A stretch of DNA of 64,000 nt, from contig CAJUAP010000017.1 of assembly GCA_910584435.1 (NCBI GenBank), positions 222 to 64,221 of the forward strand. The letters are read 5' to 3'. The DNA comes from an uncultured Acetatifactor sp. (GTDB lineage: Bacteria; Bacillota; Clostridia; Lachnospirales; Lachnospiraceae). Below are positions 1-9,709 of the stretch, in pieces. The first letter of the stretch is position 1. Each line of letters starts with the position of its first letter. A program made the position numbers and the translations under genes. Below the pieces are notes generated by a model. That model did no database searches. It saw nothing but the letters and a program-made list of their open reading frames with translations, and was not told where the DNA came from.

Positions 1-813
1 GAGTATGATTCTACCAGCTATGCCAGGAAGAATGGCGTAAACGTCACCAGGAAACTGGCAACAGATCTGGCTATAGCATTCCTGAAACGGGTGAAAGAGG
101 CAGGTTATATCCCCATCCTCTATACCAACAACGACTATACAAAGAACTATTTTGACATCAGCCGGATACGCTCTGAGGTCGGGGATATCTATATCTGGTA
201 CGCCCGCTATGCCGCAGCAATATCTTCCGGGGAGATGCAGCTGGCGGATGCCTGGCAGCATAGTTCCACGGCATCCGTTCCCGGCATTGTTGGTAATGTG
301 GACATGAACAATTTCTACGTGGACTTTCCATGCCGGCCCATAGCAAGGTTAGAGGAAGAAGGAATAGAAGGGGCAGGAACAGAAGGAGAAAGCCTGGAGG
401 CAGCAGGAACAGGGAAAAAACCGGAAGCAGCAGACACAGGAGGGGCACAGGCAGCAAAATGCAATATCAATATCCTGGACTTTCAGAAAGCGGCCAACAC
501 AGACGGCTGGAAAGACATGAACGGAAACAGGCTGGCGGAGGACGGCATGGATGGCCCTAAGACCCAGTATGTCCGCAGGAAGATATACCTGAAGGCCCAG
601 AGAACGTTATTCTCCTATAAGTCCGGCTCCGCCGGTGCCGTTGTCAAATGGTGGCAGCGCCGCTGCAATGAAATTCTCGGCCATGACCAGGAAGTGGATG
701 GAATGTACGGGAAGATTTCCAGGAGCGAGACGATTGCAGTTCAACAGAAGCTGGGGCTTGCCGTGGATGGGATTGCAGGATATAACAGTATCCAGGCAGC
801 ATTTTACAATTAA
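1..813 (+). CDS. GH25-like lysozyme/muramidase with C-terminal peptidoglycan-binding region (5' end lies before the window)
   Basis: Frame is open from base 1. GH25 C-terminal motifs WYARY, WQHSS and VPGIVGNVDMN, then DGMDGPKT and LAVDGIAG PG-binding-type repeats. Confidence 0.85.
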   Translation, partial: EYDSTSYARKNGVNVTRKLATDLAIAFLKRVKEAGYIPILYTNNDYTKNYFDISRIRSEVGDIYIWYARYAAAISSGEMQLADAWQHSSTASVPGIVGNVDMNNFYVDFPCRPIARLEEEGIEGAGTEGESLEAAGTGKKPEAADTGGAQAAKCNINILDFQKAANTDGWKDMNGNRLAEDGMDGPKTQYVRRKIYLKAQRTLFSYKSGSAGAVVKWWQRRCNEILGHDQEVDGMYGKISRSETIAVQQKLGLAVDGIAGYNSIQAAFYN

Positions 814-915
814 TGATCCAGAGGGGTGATCATCCTGAAAATTCTTCATAGTGTGCTGAAGGTAATCAGTTGACACAATCAATGATAAAGGCAGTGCATC
901 TTTATAAATTTAATG

Positions 916-1242
916 TTATATAGCAGGGTTCAAATCATCATCGTAATATCGTTTGCTTTTTTCTTTGCCGTTGACTTTGATTTTATAAAAGTAGCGGTTT
1001 AACTTGAAATGCCAGAAAATACCACAAATTATACCTGCTATATCAGGATGATTACAGGGAGAAACTTGCTCTCCATAGATATATTGAGGAGTTGGCAGTT
1101 CTTTTATATACTTAATATCTGGCTTGTATAGAGTTTCAGGTAATATAACTGTTACTTCGCCATTGTCTTCTACTTTGTATTGAATAACGGTATGAAACCA
1201 TCCTTCTTGTATGGCTTTGGGATCAAAGCATAGTCCCCACAT
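916..1242 (-). CDS. hypothetical protein
   Basis: 108-aa ORF with AGGAG RBS upstream; AT-rich. Confidence 0.6.
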   Translation of the reverse strand: MWGLCFDPKAIQEGWFHTVIQYKVEDNGEVTVILPETLYKPDIKYIKELPTPQYIYGEQVSPCNHPDIAGIICGIFWHFKLNRYFYKIKVNGKEKSKRYYDDDLNPAI

Positions 1243-1548
1243 TTTGTTCTCCTCTTACAAATTTCAATTAATATATTTGATTATAGAATATTTGCCTGTC
1301 ACACGCAATGCATATTTATAAGCTTAGTTTCAGTGGATATATTTTTCTGAAATGGAAGTAATTCAAAAAGTTTGAATAGAAAAGTTCATTTTTGAATGAA
1401 AAACACAAATCTGCGTACAATTCTTGGAAAACAGGCAGGAAATAGAGCCAAATAAATCTGCAACCCAAAGTTGCAAAAGAGCACTTTAATGTTGGTGGCA
1501 GATTGCCTTGGCTTTTGGTATAATGCAATTAGATAGGAGGCTGCAGCA

Positions 1549-2020
1549 ATGAAGTTATCAGAAAAAATGATAGAATTAAGAAAAAGAAATGGAATGACGC
1601 AGGAAGAACTGGCTGCCCTATGCAATGTCAGCAGGCAGTCCATATCTAAATGGGAAGCGGAAACAGGAGCTGTACGAAGGAATTTTGATCAAAGAAAGTG
1701 TTGTGGATGACAGCATAATTGATTTGATGAATGTCTATAAAATGGAATTGTGGAACACCGGGGGAAAACCCAAGTATTGGACGGCGCTGTATTTTACAAG
1801 TGATAAGGCTGATTTCCCGGAGTGGATTTCAGAAGTAATGCGTTCCGGTTCTGATGGTGGAAACTGGTTTGTTGATTTTAAAGCGGCAAACGAGAAATAT
1901 ATAGTGTTGAAAGACAAGATTTTAAAATACAGCATAGGAAATCAGGCTGAAAAGAAATATGTCTGTGATGAATGCCGTAAAATGGGTATTTCAGAGGAAC
2001 AGATGAACTGGCCGGAATAG
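1549..2020 (+). pseudogene. XRE-family HTH regulator disrupted by frameshift/internal deletion
   Basis: AGGAGG RBS, then ATG 1549 reads [37 protein letters not shown], a classic XRE HTH, and runs out of frame. The C-terminal domain ([13 protein letters not shown]...) continues in another frame to 2020. Confidence 0.75.
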
Positions 2021-2034
2021 GAGAAGATAAGAAT

Positions 2035-2595
2035 ATGAAAGTATTATTGACATCAGCGGGTCTGGAAACGGAAGAAATAAAAGAGTGCTTTATGGAAATG
2101 GCGGGGAAAGAGATGTCTATGGTAAAGGCGCTGTTTATACCCACAGCGGCGGTAAATGCCGATGCAATCGCCGTATTGCCGAAATGCATGAATGATTTAT
2201 TAAAATGCGGCATTCCGAATAAAAATATCAGGGTATATGACTTACATGCCGGAATGGGATTAGAAGAATTGCAGCAGTATGATGTGGTATATTTGTGCGG
2301 CGGTGATACCTATTATCTGCTGGAAAGAATCAATGATACAAAATTTAATGAATCGCTCATGGCGTATATCAACAGCAATGGCCTGGTAATAGGGGTAAGC
2401 GCCGGAAGCCTTATTTTCACCAACAATATACCTGATAATCTGGGTCTGATAGATACGAAGTTAGACGTTCATTGCGCGGAAGGAGAGAAGCGTGGGAAAC
2501 TGGCATTTCCTATAAAAAATAATGTGAGGCTTACGAACACCTGCGCACTTGTCATACGAAATATACCGGATGAAATGGAAATTATCGGCGAGTAG
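2035..2595 (+). CDS. Peptidase S51/PepE-like (type 1 glutamine amidotransferase-like) protein
   Basis: Motifs LFIPTA, YLCGGDT and GVSAGS. Confidence 0.85.
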   Translation: MKVLLTSAGLETEEIKECFMEMAGKEMSMVKALFIPTAAVNADAIAVLPKCMNDLLKCGIPNKNIRVYDLHAGMGLEELQQYDVVYLCGGDTYYLLERINDTKFNESLMAYINSNGLVIGVSAGSLIFTNNIPDNLGLIDTKLDVHCAEGEKRGKLAFPIKNNVRLTNTCALVIRNIPDEMEIIGE

Positions 2596-2619
2596 AAAGA
2601 AGAACCTGGATGAAGCTGT

Positions 2620-4689
2620 TTACGGCAAAGCTTCATCCAGGTATAATTGTACCCGGTTGGTGATCATGGAGGTCACTTCTTCAAGGGTTTTGACATCATT
2701 GTAATAATAGGAGGCTTCTTCATAAATAATTTCCAGGATGGGCATTGTGCGCAGCGGCAGAGGCTTTGCATATTCCATGGCGGTACGGATTTCGTCTATC
2801 TCTTCCTGCGTTCTCCATAATTGTTTCTGCATTTCTTCCTGGGATAACCTCTGCGTTTGGTAATGCACACGTTCGCGGCTGGAACAGCCCCAGAATGCTG
2901 CTGCCGTGGAAGGTTTATAAGGGGATTCGGCTAGGGGGCCGTTTTCCAGCTGCGACCTTGCGGCTTTTTCAAATACCACTTTGCTTACGGGCATATCTCC
3001 ATGTACCATAAGGCGCGTCTGTGCTTCTTCTTGCAGCAGGAAGCTGATGAACTGCCATGCGCCTTCTATATGGGGGGAATTGGCATTGACGGCCAGAAGA
3101 GCTTGTTTCCTGGAAATTAAACAGCGGCCATCATCAAAAAAATAATCAATGATAGTTCTGCCCTGGCTGTCCAGCCAGGAGGAATCATCATAAGTAATCA
3201 GACCGGAGACGGATCTTGGGGTGAACAGTTCGGGATAAGCATCTTTGGGGTTGTATCCATAACGTTTTGACACTTGCAGCACTTTGGAAAAAAGCCCTCC
3301 GTTAAAGTCGCAGGTGCCTGATTCCCAATCAACCGCACCGCCTAAGCTTTGGGAACACTGCAGGAAATCCCGTAAAACCAGTTCCGATTCAATGAATTCA
3401 CTGTAGCAGGCGTTTCCCTGATAGGCAAGGAGGATATCCATCATATCCTCCAGGGTAAGTCCGGCAGCATCCTCCGCAAGGGATTCGTCCACCGACCACC
3501 CGATTCCGAGATTCATTGAGAATTTTATACCATAGACTTTCCCATCCAGTTCCCAGCAGTCGAAAGCAGCCGGGAAATAATCTTCTTTGTTTATTGTTTC
3601 TTCGAGGTAAGGGGCAAGATCCTCGAAGACCCCTTTTTCCAACAGGCCATAGACGTTATCTTCTACCGCATGACCGTAGATGATATCGGCACCTTTCCCC
3701 ACAGCCATTTCCACTCCGGTCATGACCTGATAATCGCTCAGGCTCACGTCAGAGCTATAGGGTTCAAAGACTGCGTGATAATCAGCATTTGCCCGGTTAA
3801 AGGCGGCGGTCTGTTCTTTCAGCCAGGATAGGTAGCCCTCCGTATATCCGTAATCTTCTTCCGGTCCGAAACGGATAACCAGGATGCTTTTTTCCTTGCC
3901 GACATCGGCATATTCAAGGCATTCTCTGGTTCCGTCTGCCAGCAGAAGTTCTATCCTGTCTGTGTCAGGAAGCCGGAACGCTTCAATGGAAGTCAGGGGG
4001 AGCATGTAGGTAGTACCCTGAAATGTAATACACTGTTTTGATTCCCTGTTTGTGATGTCAAGAGCTGTGATGCCATGTCGGCTCAGGAGGTACAGAACGT
4101 TGTCAGTGCTGTTCCAGGACAGCTTTAATGTGTCCTCGCTTATCGGGAGATTTGCCGCAGCGGATAGCTGTCCGGTTTCTGCGTCCAGCCAGGCCAGTTC
4201 CATGCCGTTCATGGCCCGAAGGAGCAAAAGGATTCTTCCGTCAGGCAAAAGGCAGAGATCCTGTATCGTCTTTTGCGCCTTGGTGCAGAAAAGTTCTTTG
4301 CCGTCGGCAGTCACTTTTGTAATGCTGCCGGACAGGGCGAGGTAGAAACAGCCTGTATCATCAGGATACCAGTCTGCTGCCTGATATTGGGGGTCGATGT
4401 TCTGGGCAAGGAGAATCTCCGTCCCATCCGGCTGCTGCTGCCGGATATCCAATGATACCTGTCCGTAAGCGTCTGTCTTCGGCTCTGAATACAGCAGCGT
4501 TGGTTCCTCTCCTGCAAAATAAACGGAAAGCCATTGGGAATCAGAGATGTTTTCTTCTGAAAAAAGCTGTGTATCCTCTACTATAAAATCAAAGTATTGC
4601 CCCGTCATGTTTTCGCCGGACTGGCAGGAAGTGAGAAAGATCGTGATGAAAATAAAGAACCATAGATATTGATTTCTGCTTCTTGTCAT
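2620..4689 (-). CDS. extracellular solute-binding lipoprotein (ABC type, with N-terminal extension)
   Basis: Lipobox FLTSC. SBP family-1 features GKGADII, FEDLAPY, AVNANSPHIEGAWQFISFLL and NRVQLYLDE. Confidence 0.8.
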   Translation of the reverse strand: MTRSRNQYLWFFIFITIFLTSCQSGENMTGQYFDFIVEDTQLFSEENISDSQWLSVYFAGEEPTLLYSEPKTDAYGQVSLDIRQQQPDGTEILLAQNIDPQYQAADWYPDDTGCFYLALSGSITKVTADGKELFCTKAQKTIQDLCLLPDGRILLLLRAMNGMELAWLDAETGQLSAAANLPISEDTLKLSWNSTDNVLYLLSRHGITALDITNRESKQCITFQGTTYMLPLTSIEAFRLPDTDRIELLLADGTRECLEYADVGKEKSILVIRFGPEEDYGYTEGYLSWLKEQTAAFNRANADYHAVFEPYSSDVSLSDYQVMTGVEMAVGKGADIIYGHAVEDNVYGLLEKGVFEDLAPYLEETINKEDYFPAAFDCWELDGKVYGIKFSMNLGIGWSVDESLAEDAAGLTLEDMMDILLAYQGNACYSEFIESELVLRDFLQCSQSLGGAVDWESGTCDFNGGLFSKVLQVSKRYGYNPKDAYPELFTPRSVSGLITYDDSSWLDSQGRTIIDYFFDDGRCLISRKQALLAVNANSPHIEGAWQFISFLLQEEAQTRLMVHGDMPVSKVVFEKAARSQLENGPLAESPYKPSTAAAFWGCSSRERVHYQTQRLSQEEMQKQLWRTQEEIDEIRTAMEYAKPLPLRTMPILEIIYEEASYYYNDVKTLEEVTSMITNRVQLYLDEALP

Positions 4690-4818
4690 GAAGATATTCC
4701 TTTCATGGAATCAGGTATCATAGGGTATGCCTGTAAACATCTTCCCCTAATATATGCAGATCAATGGAAAGGGGAACTCAAGCATACCCTGAAATGGCTG
4801 ATTGTAGTTTAAACTCTT

Positions 4819-5142
4819 CTATTTATAGGCATCGCCGCACCCTGTGCAAACCAGCATATTGGTCGTATAATCTCTTTGGTAATCATGATTTTCGTGAGCG
4901 GTGTAATAACCACTATGTTCATTGCCGCAGCGGCGGCAGATATGTACTTCATAATAATCAACTTCGTGATATGTGGGATTTACATAGGTTGGGTTTCCCA
5001 GTTGTTCACTCATTTCCACATGACAGGCACCATGCCCACCATGGTCACAGTCCAGAGTTGCTGCTGCCTGCGCCGGAATGACTGCCGTCATTGTAATGGA
5101 CATAGCAACTCCCAGCATTTTACAAATTCCCCGTTTTTTCAT
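4819..5142 (-). CDS. small secreted Cys/His-rich protein
   Basis: GGAGG RBS, signal peptide ending AQA, two CxxC motifs and many His. A sigmaA-like promoter lies upstream (TTGACA at ~5211 on the minus strand). Confidence 0.7.
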   Translation of the reverse strand: MKKRGICKMLGVAMSITMTAVIPAQAAATLDCDHGGHGACHVEMSEQLGNPTYVNPTYHEVDYYEVHICRRCGNEHSGYYTAHENHDYQRDYTTNMLVCTGCGDAYK

Positions 5143-5404
5143 AGCATTCTACCTCCAAAATTTAATAATATATTACTATAGTATAATACCACTAAAAAAT
5201 AAGTATGTCAATAGCCTTATCGTCATTATTGAAAGACACACAGGATTCCTTATATGAGGTTACCCTATTTTGTATACCCATTGTCTTGACACCTTGTAAA
5301 TTTGTGGATAACATAATATATGGAAGTATGTAAAAATGCGGCTTGATGGACCAGAGGGAAAATGCCGGAAAGGCGGCTGCATAACAGAAATGGAGGTAAT
5401 GGCA

Positions 5405-8400
5405 ATGATGATGAATGGGAACAAAGAGGGAGAGAGGCTGGAAGAGGCATTGGAACTTCTGCAGCTTACTCCGAAAAATCTGGAGCTGGCAGAGGCATAT
5501 CTGGACCTGTCGGTGCAGGAAAATGAGGAGCTGCTGAAAGGAGCGGAACATCAGGATTTTTCCGGCATGTCTACGAATGCGCAGCAGTCAGTGTATGGCT
5601 GCATTGGCTTTCTCAAGAGAAACAATGAGGAATTGGCAGCTCGTTTTATCAGATTTCTGATGGCAGCAGGAGGGACTACGGTGCGGAAGTTACTGGTTTA
5701 TTATGGCTGGATGAGTGATTTTGATTATCTGAGCAATATTTTACCTGTAATGGAGAGTGCAGCGCTCTATGCAGATTATATTGCCTGGAGTGTGGGTAAA
5801 CAGAATGCAGCTTCCTATGAACCCCTGCTCAAATTGGGAAAGGAGAATCCGGAGATATTTTGTCAAATGAGTGAGTTGTGCTATCATGAGGATAGCTGCA
5901 ATACCAAAATGCTTCTGTCGGCTCTGTATCTTCATTGTGTGAAGCCGCTGGAAGAGTCCAGGAGCATACTCTATATTCCTGTGGCGGATGGGGGAAAATC
6001 GGAAACCGGAAATGCCGGGGACGGAAACGGCAGGGATGACAGAGCAGAAGGAACACCGGAGCGGATTCGGGAAATACGGGATTACCTGGAAGCCCGTTTG
6101 ATAGGCAACAGTGCGGGCCTTTTCCAGCAGGCTGACGAGCCAAAGGGAGAGGAAGAGGAAAAATTAAAAGATTTCCTGAGAAATTCCGACCCAAGAGACG
6201 AATTCCCTTACGACATCCGGGCGCTTATCACAGGAAGGAAAAAGAACGAATACAGGATGATGTTCCTGCCGGGCCTTGCTTTTCTGGCAGTGGAGCACTC
6301 AAACCGTTTTGTGTCCATGATTCGCCTGGCAGCGGCAGTGGAGGGGGATGCAATTCCCAATGCACCCCTGGACATGTGCCAGAGAAGCGGGGATGTGTGG
6401 TTTCACAGACATATAGAAGCATTGGAAAAGGTTCTGTGGGTACCGGAGGAAGCTTACATACGCTGGGGGATTCTGCGGAAGGAGAAAAGCGTCCTGGAGC
6501 GGATGGCAGCGAAGGCGCCGGATACCATCTGCGAGGTGATAAAAAAGGTTCCGGCAGAGGATTATGGATATCTGCTGGCACAGGTAAAGACAGGTAATCC
6601 CAAGCTGTATGCGGAGGCTGGAGAAGCGCTTGTGGAGGATTACCGCAGAATTGCGGCAGAACAGGAGGTTAAGGGATATGAACCGGCAGGGGACAGGGCT
6701 ATGGATTACCTTCTGGGAATTGCGGAGATACAGGATATTCTTCCGTATGTAGAGCAGTGGAGGGAACTGTATCTTTATGACAGGCAGAAGTATGCCCGCA
6801 TACATAATTACCTGGAGTATAAGGAGGAACAGCTGTACCGGCGTGCCCTGGTGCTGGAATGCCTGCGTCTGCAGGATCATTACTTCCGCCAGTATTGGTC
6901 CCGGAAGGAATTGGAGAAGGAAGGGGAGGTTGACGCCGGTAAGGATTTGAATCGCCTTCAAATAGAAGGAATATTGAAACTGTTTGATGATGAGCAGGTT
7001 CCGGCGCAGTATCAGATAGATTATTTTGGAAAGGTGTATGACAGCTCTGAGTATGCGGCGCGTGGTGAGGACAGCCCCAGCCAAATCTGTGTGATTGCCT
7101 TGAAGGAGCAGCGCGGAGACTGGCATCAGGAATGGGAGATAGCTTCGGAAAGCAAATACCTGCCTGCCAGGATTATGGCGTTCCGTGTCATGGGAGAGCG
7201 TTGGGAGGAATATAAGAGCCGTCTCCTGGCCTGTGCGGCGGAAAGTACCAAACAGGGCAGAGAATTCCTTCGGGCAATTTACACGAGACGCCGGGAATGG
7301 GAAGAGGATATTCTTGGTATGCTGAAATCCCCCAAGGGCGGTATGAGGGAAATGGCTGCGGAAGTGTTGAAAAACTGGGGTGTGGAACAATACAGGGAGC
7401 AGCTTACCCAGGCGATGGAAGCAGAGAAGACGAAGAAAATAAAGACCCTGCTGCAGGAGATTCTTGCACCGGAGCAGCAGGGAGCAGGAAACGGCGAAAA
7501 TGGTCAGGCAGATGGCATGGGGCAGCCGGACGGTGAGGGTAATACCAATGGCATGGGCGGCAGCGCTGTGTCCCGCAGTACGGATGCCATCATAAAAGAC
7601 GCTTTAATGGGTGGACGGAAAAGAAAACTGGCGTGGCTGTCATTGGAAAATATAGGGAAGGTTCACAAGCGAAACGGTGAAGAGGCTTCGGAGGATCATG
7701 TGGCGGCAATCCTTGTGAGCTATGCGGACATGGGAATACTTGGCGTGAGCAGGGAGGCGGCACAGCTTGCGGAGGAGCTTGTGCCGGGAGAACTGGCGGC
7801 ATATGTCAAGGAGGTATATAACCGCTGGATAGAGGATGGCGCCCAGGCGAAGAAGAAATGGGTGCTTTATGCCGCATCCATTCACGGCGGAGAGCCGATT
7901 GTACCTATATTATATGCATCCATTCAGGATTGGCCAAAGCATTCCAGGGGCGCCATGGCTGCGGAAGCGGTGAAGGCGTTAGCGTTAAACGGTACTTCCA
8001 CGGCGCTGCTGTTTGTGGATCAGGTTGCCAGAAAATTTAAGTTCCGTCAAGTGAAAGGGGCTGCTGCGGAGGCGCTGGATTATGCTGCCGCCCAGCTTGG
8101 CATTTCCAGAGAAGAGCTGGAAGACCGGATTGTGCCCAATCTGGGCTTTGATGAGCGGATGGAGCGGATTTTTGATTACGGAAAACGGCAGTTCAAGGTG
8201 GTTTTGGCCTCGGACCTGTCTCTGGAAGTATATGACGGTAACGGCAAAGCATTAAAAAGCATACCAGCACCCGGCAAAAACGATGATCAGGAGTTGGCAA
8301 AGGAGTCGAATGAGGCATGGAAGCTGCTGAAGAAACAGCTGAAAACGGTTGTGGGCAATCAGAAGATACGTCTGGAGCAGGCAATGCGTATTCAGCGCCG

Positions 8401-9100
8401 GTGGGAGAAAGAGAAATGGTGCGAATTGTTTGTGAAGAATCCGGTGATGCACCAGTTTGCCACGGGACTGGTATGGGGTGTGTATGCAGAAGAGGCATTG
8501 AAGGACACATTCCGCTATATGGAGGATGGTACTTTTAACACTGCAGAGGAAGAGGAATATGAACTGCCGGAAAATGCTGTGATTGGCCTGGTACATCCCA
8601 TTGAACTTTCGGAAGAGGCATTGGCGGCATGGAAGGAGCAAATGTCAGATTATGAGATTGTTCAGCCCATAGAACAGTTGGAGCGCCCGGTTTATCGTGT
8701 GACAGAGGAAGAAAAGGAAGCTACGGAGCTGATTCGTTTTGGCGGAGTTGCTGTCAACGGGCTGTCCCTGTTTGGAAAGCTTCAGGATATGGGCTGGTAT
8801 CGAGGGGAAATACTTGATGGGGGTTATTATGATACCATTTACCGCTATGATCAGGATAAGGGAGTGGAATTGGTCTTCTCCGGCTGCGGTGTAGGATGTG
8901 AGAATGAAACGGTTGTGGTGTATGAGGTGTATTTCTACCGTCCGGGGGCGGCGGAGAAGGTGGGCTGGCGGGTTCAGCCTGTAAAACATAAGCTGGGGCA
9001 GGTAGACGAGCGCTATTTCAGCGAGGTGGTGCTGCAGCTTACGAAGGCAACGGCATCTTCGGAGAAGCGTCTGCCTTATCCTGACTGTAAGAAGCGGTGA
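5405..9100 (+). CDS. large DUF4132-domain protein
   Basis: C-terminal LEDRIVPNLGFD...RLEQAM...W...LFVKNPVM...LVWGVY...VHPIEL...QPIEQL pattern is typical of DUF4132. GGAGG RBS at 5392. Confidence 0.8.
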   Translation: MMMNGNKEGERLEEALELLQLTPKNLELAEAYLDLSVQENEELLKGAEHQDFSGMSTNAQQSVYGCIGFLKRNNEELAARFIRFLMAAGGTTVRKLLVYYGWMSDFDYLSNILPVMESAALYADYIAWSVGKQNAASYEPLLKLGKENPEIFCQMSELCYHEDSCNTKMLLSALYLHCVKPLEESRSILYIPVADGGKSETGNAGDGNGRDDRAEGTPERIREIRDYLEARLIGNSAGLFQQADEPKGEEEEKLKDFLRNSDPRDEFPYDIRALITGRKKNEYRMMFLPGLAFLAVEHSNRFVSMIRLAAAVEGDAIPNAPLDMCQRSGDVWFHRHIEALEKVLWVPEEAYIRWGILRKEKSVLERMAAKAPDTICEVIKKVPAEDYGYLLAQVKTGNPKLYAEAGEALVEDYRRIAAEQEVKGYEPAGDRAMDYLLGIAEIQDILPYVEQWRELYLYDRQKYARIHNYLEYKEEQLYRRALVLECLRLQDHYFRQYWSRKELEKEGEVDAGKDLNRLQIEGILKLFDDEQVPAQYQIDYFGKVYDSSEYAARGEDSPSQICVIALKEQRGDWHQEWEIASESKYLPARIMAFRVMGERWEEYKSRLLACAAESTKQGREFLRAIYTRRREWEEDILGMLKSPKGGMREMAAEVLKNWGVEQYREQLTQAMEAEKTKKIKTLLQEILAPEQQGAGNGENGQADGMGQPDGEGNTNGMGGSAVSRSTDAIIKDALMGGRKRKLAWLSLENIGKVHKRNGEEASEDHVAAILVSYADMGILGVSREAAQLAEELVPGELAAYVKEVYNRWIEDGAQAKKKWVLYAASIHGGEPIVPILYASIQDWPKHSRGAMAAEAVKALALNGTSTALLFVDQVARKFKFRQVKGAAAEALDYAAAQLGISREELEDRIVPNLGFDERMERIFDYGKRQFKVVLASDLSLEVYDGNGKALKSIPAPGKNDDQELAKESNEAWKLLKKQLKTVVGNQKIRLEQAMRIQRRWEKEKWCELFVKNPVMHQFATGLVWGVYAEEALKDTFRYMEDGTFNTAEEEEYELPENAVIGLVHPIELSEEALAAWKEQMSDYEIVQPIEQLERPVYRVTEEEKEATELIRFGGVAVNGLSLFGKLQDMGWYRGEILDGGYYDTIYRYDQDKGVELVFSGCGVGCENETVVVYEVYFYRPGAAEKVGWRVQPVKHKLGQVDERYFSEVVLQLTKATASSEKRLPYPDCKKR

Positions 9101-9441
9101 CGAGTTCAGGAAGCGGTTTTATGATATCCGATGCGGTTTGGAGGCATGTGCCATGTGCCTTGAGACAGCATTTGGCATTACTGTTCACTCCGTTCACAGT
9201 AACAGATGCACAGAAATCGCAAAAGCATAATGGACAGTGATATATTTGATTTGAGAGTGCGAAAGGATCTCTGTGAATTTGAAAAGAAAATGGTCATTGG
9301 AAATTTTAAACAGAGATCACATAAAGATGATGAGCGTATTTACTGTCTGCATATCCGGTTGATATTAATGCTGCCGGATATGCAGGGGGTATTGTCAGTG
9401 CAGCGGCTGCCGAATGTAAGCAAAAAAATTCATTTTTTCTC

Positions 9442-9470
9442 TTGACAAATGAAAGGTTTTCTTATATACT
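9442..9470 (+). promoter_or_regulatory. sigma70/sigmaA promoter of tRNA-Gly
   Basis: TTGACA-N17-TATACT with an AT-rich UP region. Confidence 0.8.
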
Positions 9471-9536
9471 AATAAAGTCTGATTCAGACAGGTTTTCGAG
9501 AGTGGAACTGGCAGACAAATAATGTTTATGTATCAT

Positions 9537-9609
9537 GCGATAGTGGCTCAGTTGGTAGAGCGCCACCTTGCCAAGGTGGAAACCGCGGGTTCGAGTCCCG
9601 TCTATCGCT
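9537..9609 (+). tRNA. tRNA-Gly (GCC)
   Basis: Acceptor stem GCGATAG/CTATCGC, D arm GCTCAGTTGGTAGAGC, anticodon arm CCACC-TTGCCAA-GGTGG, T loop GGTTCGAGTCC. CCA is not encoded. Confidence 0.97.
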
Positions 9610-9617
9610 TTTTGTTT

Positions 9618-9657
9618 ACAGCGGAATTCCATAAAATGTGGTTTCCCGCTGTTTTTG
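9618..9657 (+). terminator. intrinsic terminator after tRNA (possibly bidirectional with gerA)
   Basis: ACAGCGG...CCGCTGT stem followed by a T run. Confidence 0.7.
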
Positions 9658-9709
9658 TTATCTGTCTTTTGATGGCTGCTTCAATGTTACGCGGCATATT
9701 GCGGGCTGT

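Noticed and set aside
1..813. prophage endolysin
   Set aside because: No holin or phage genes downstream and host-like composition; the upstream context is not visible.
5303..5311. perfect DnaA box TGTGGATAA
   Set aside because: A single 9-mer is plausible by chance in 64 kb; there is no box cluster or oriC context.
6299..7390. 363-aa antisense ORF (and similar ones such as 59119-59919)
   Set aside because: These are shadow ORFs opposite well-supported genes, with no motifs or RBS.
9537..9609. tRNA as an integration site
   Set aside because: No duplicated tRNA 3' end or adjacent integrase was seen in the window.
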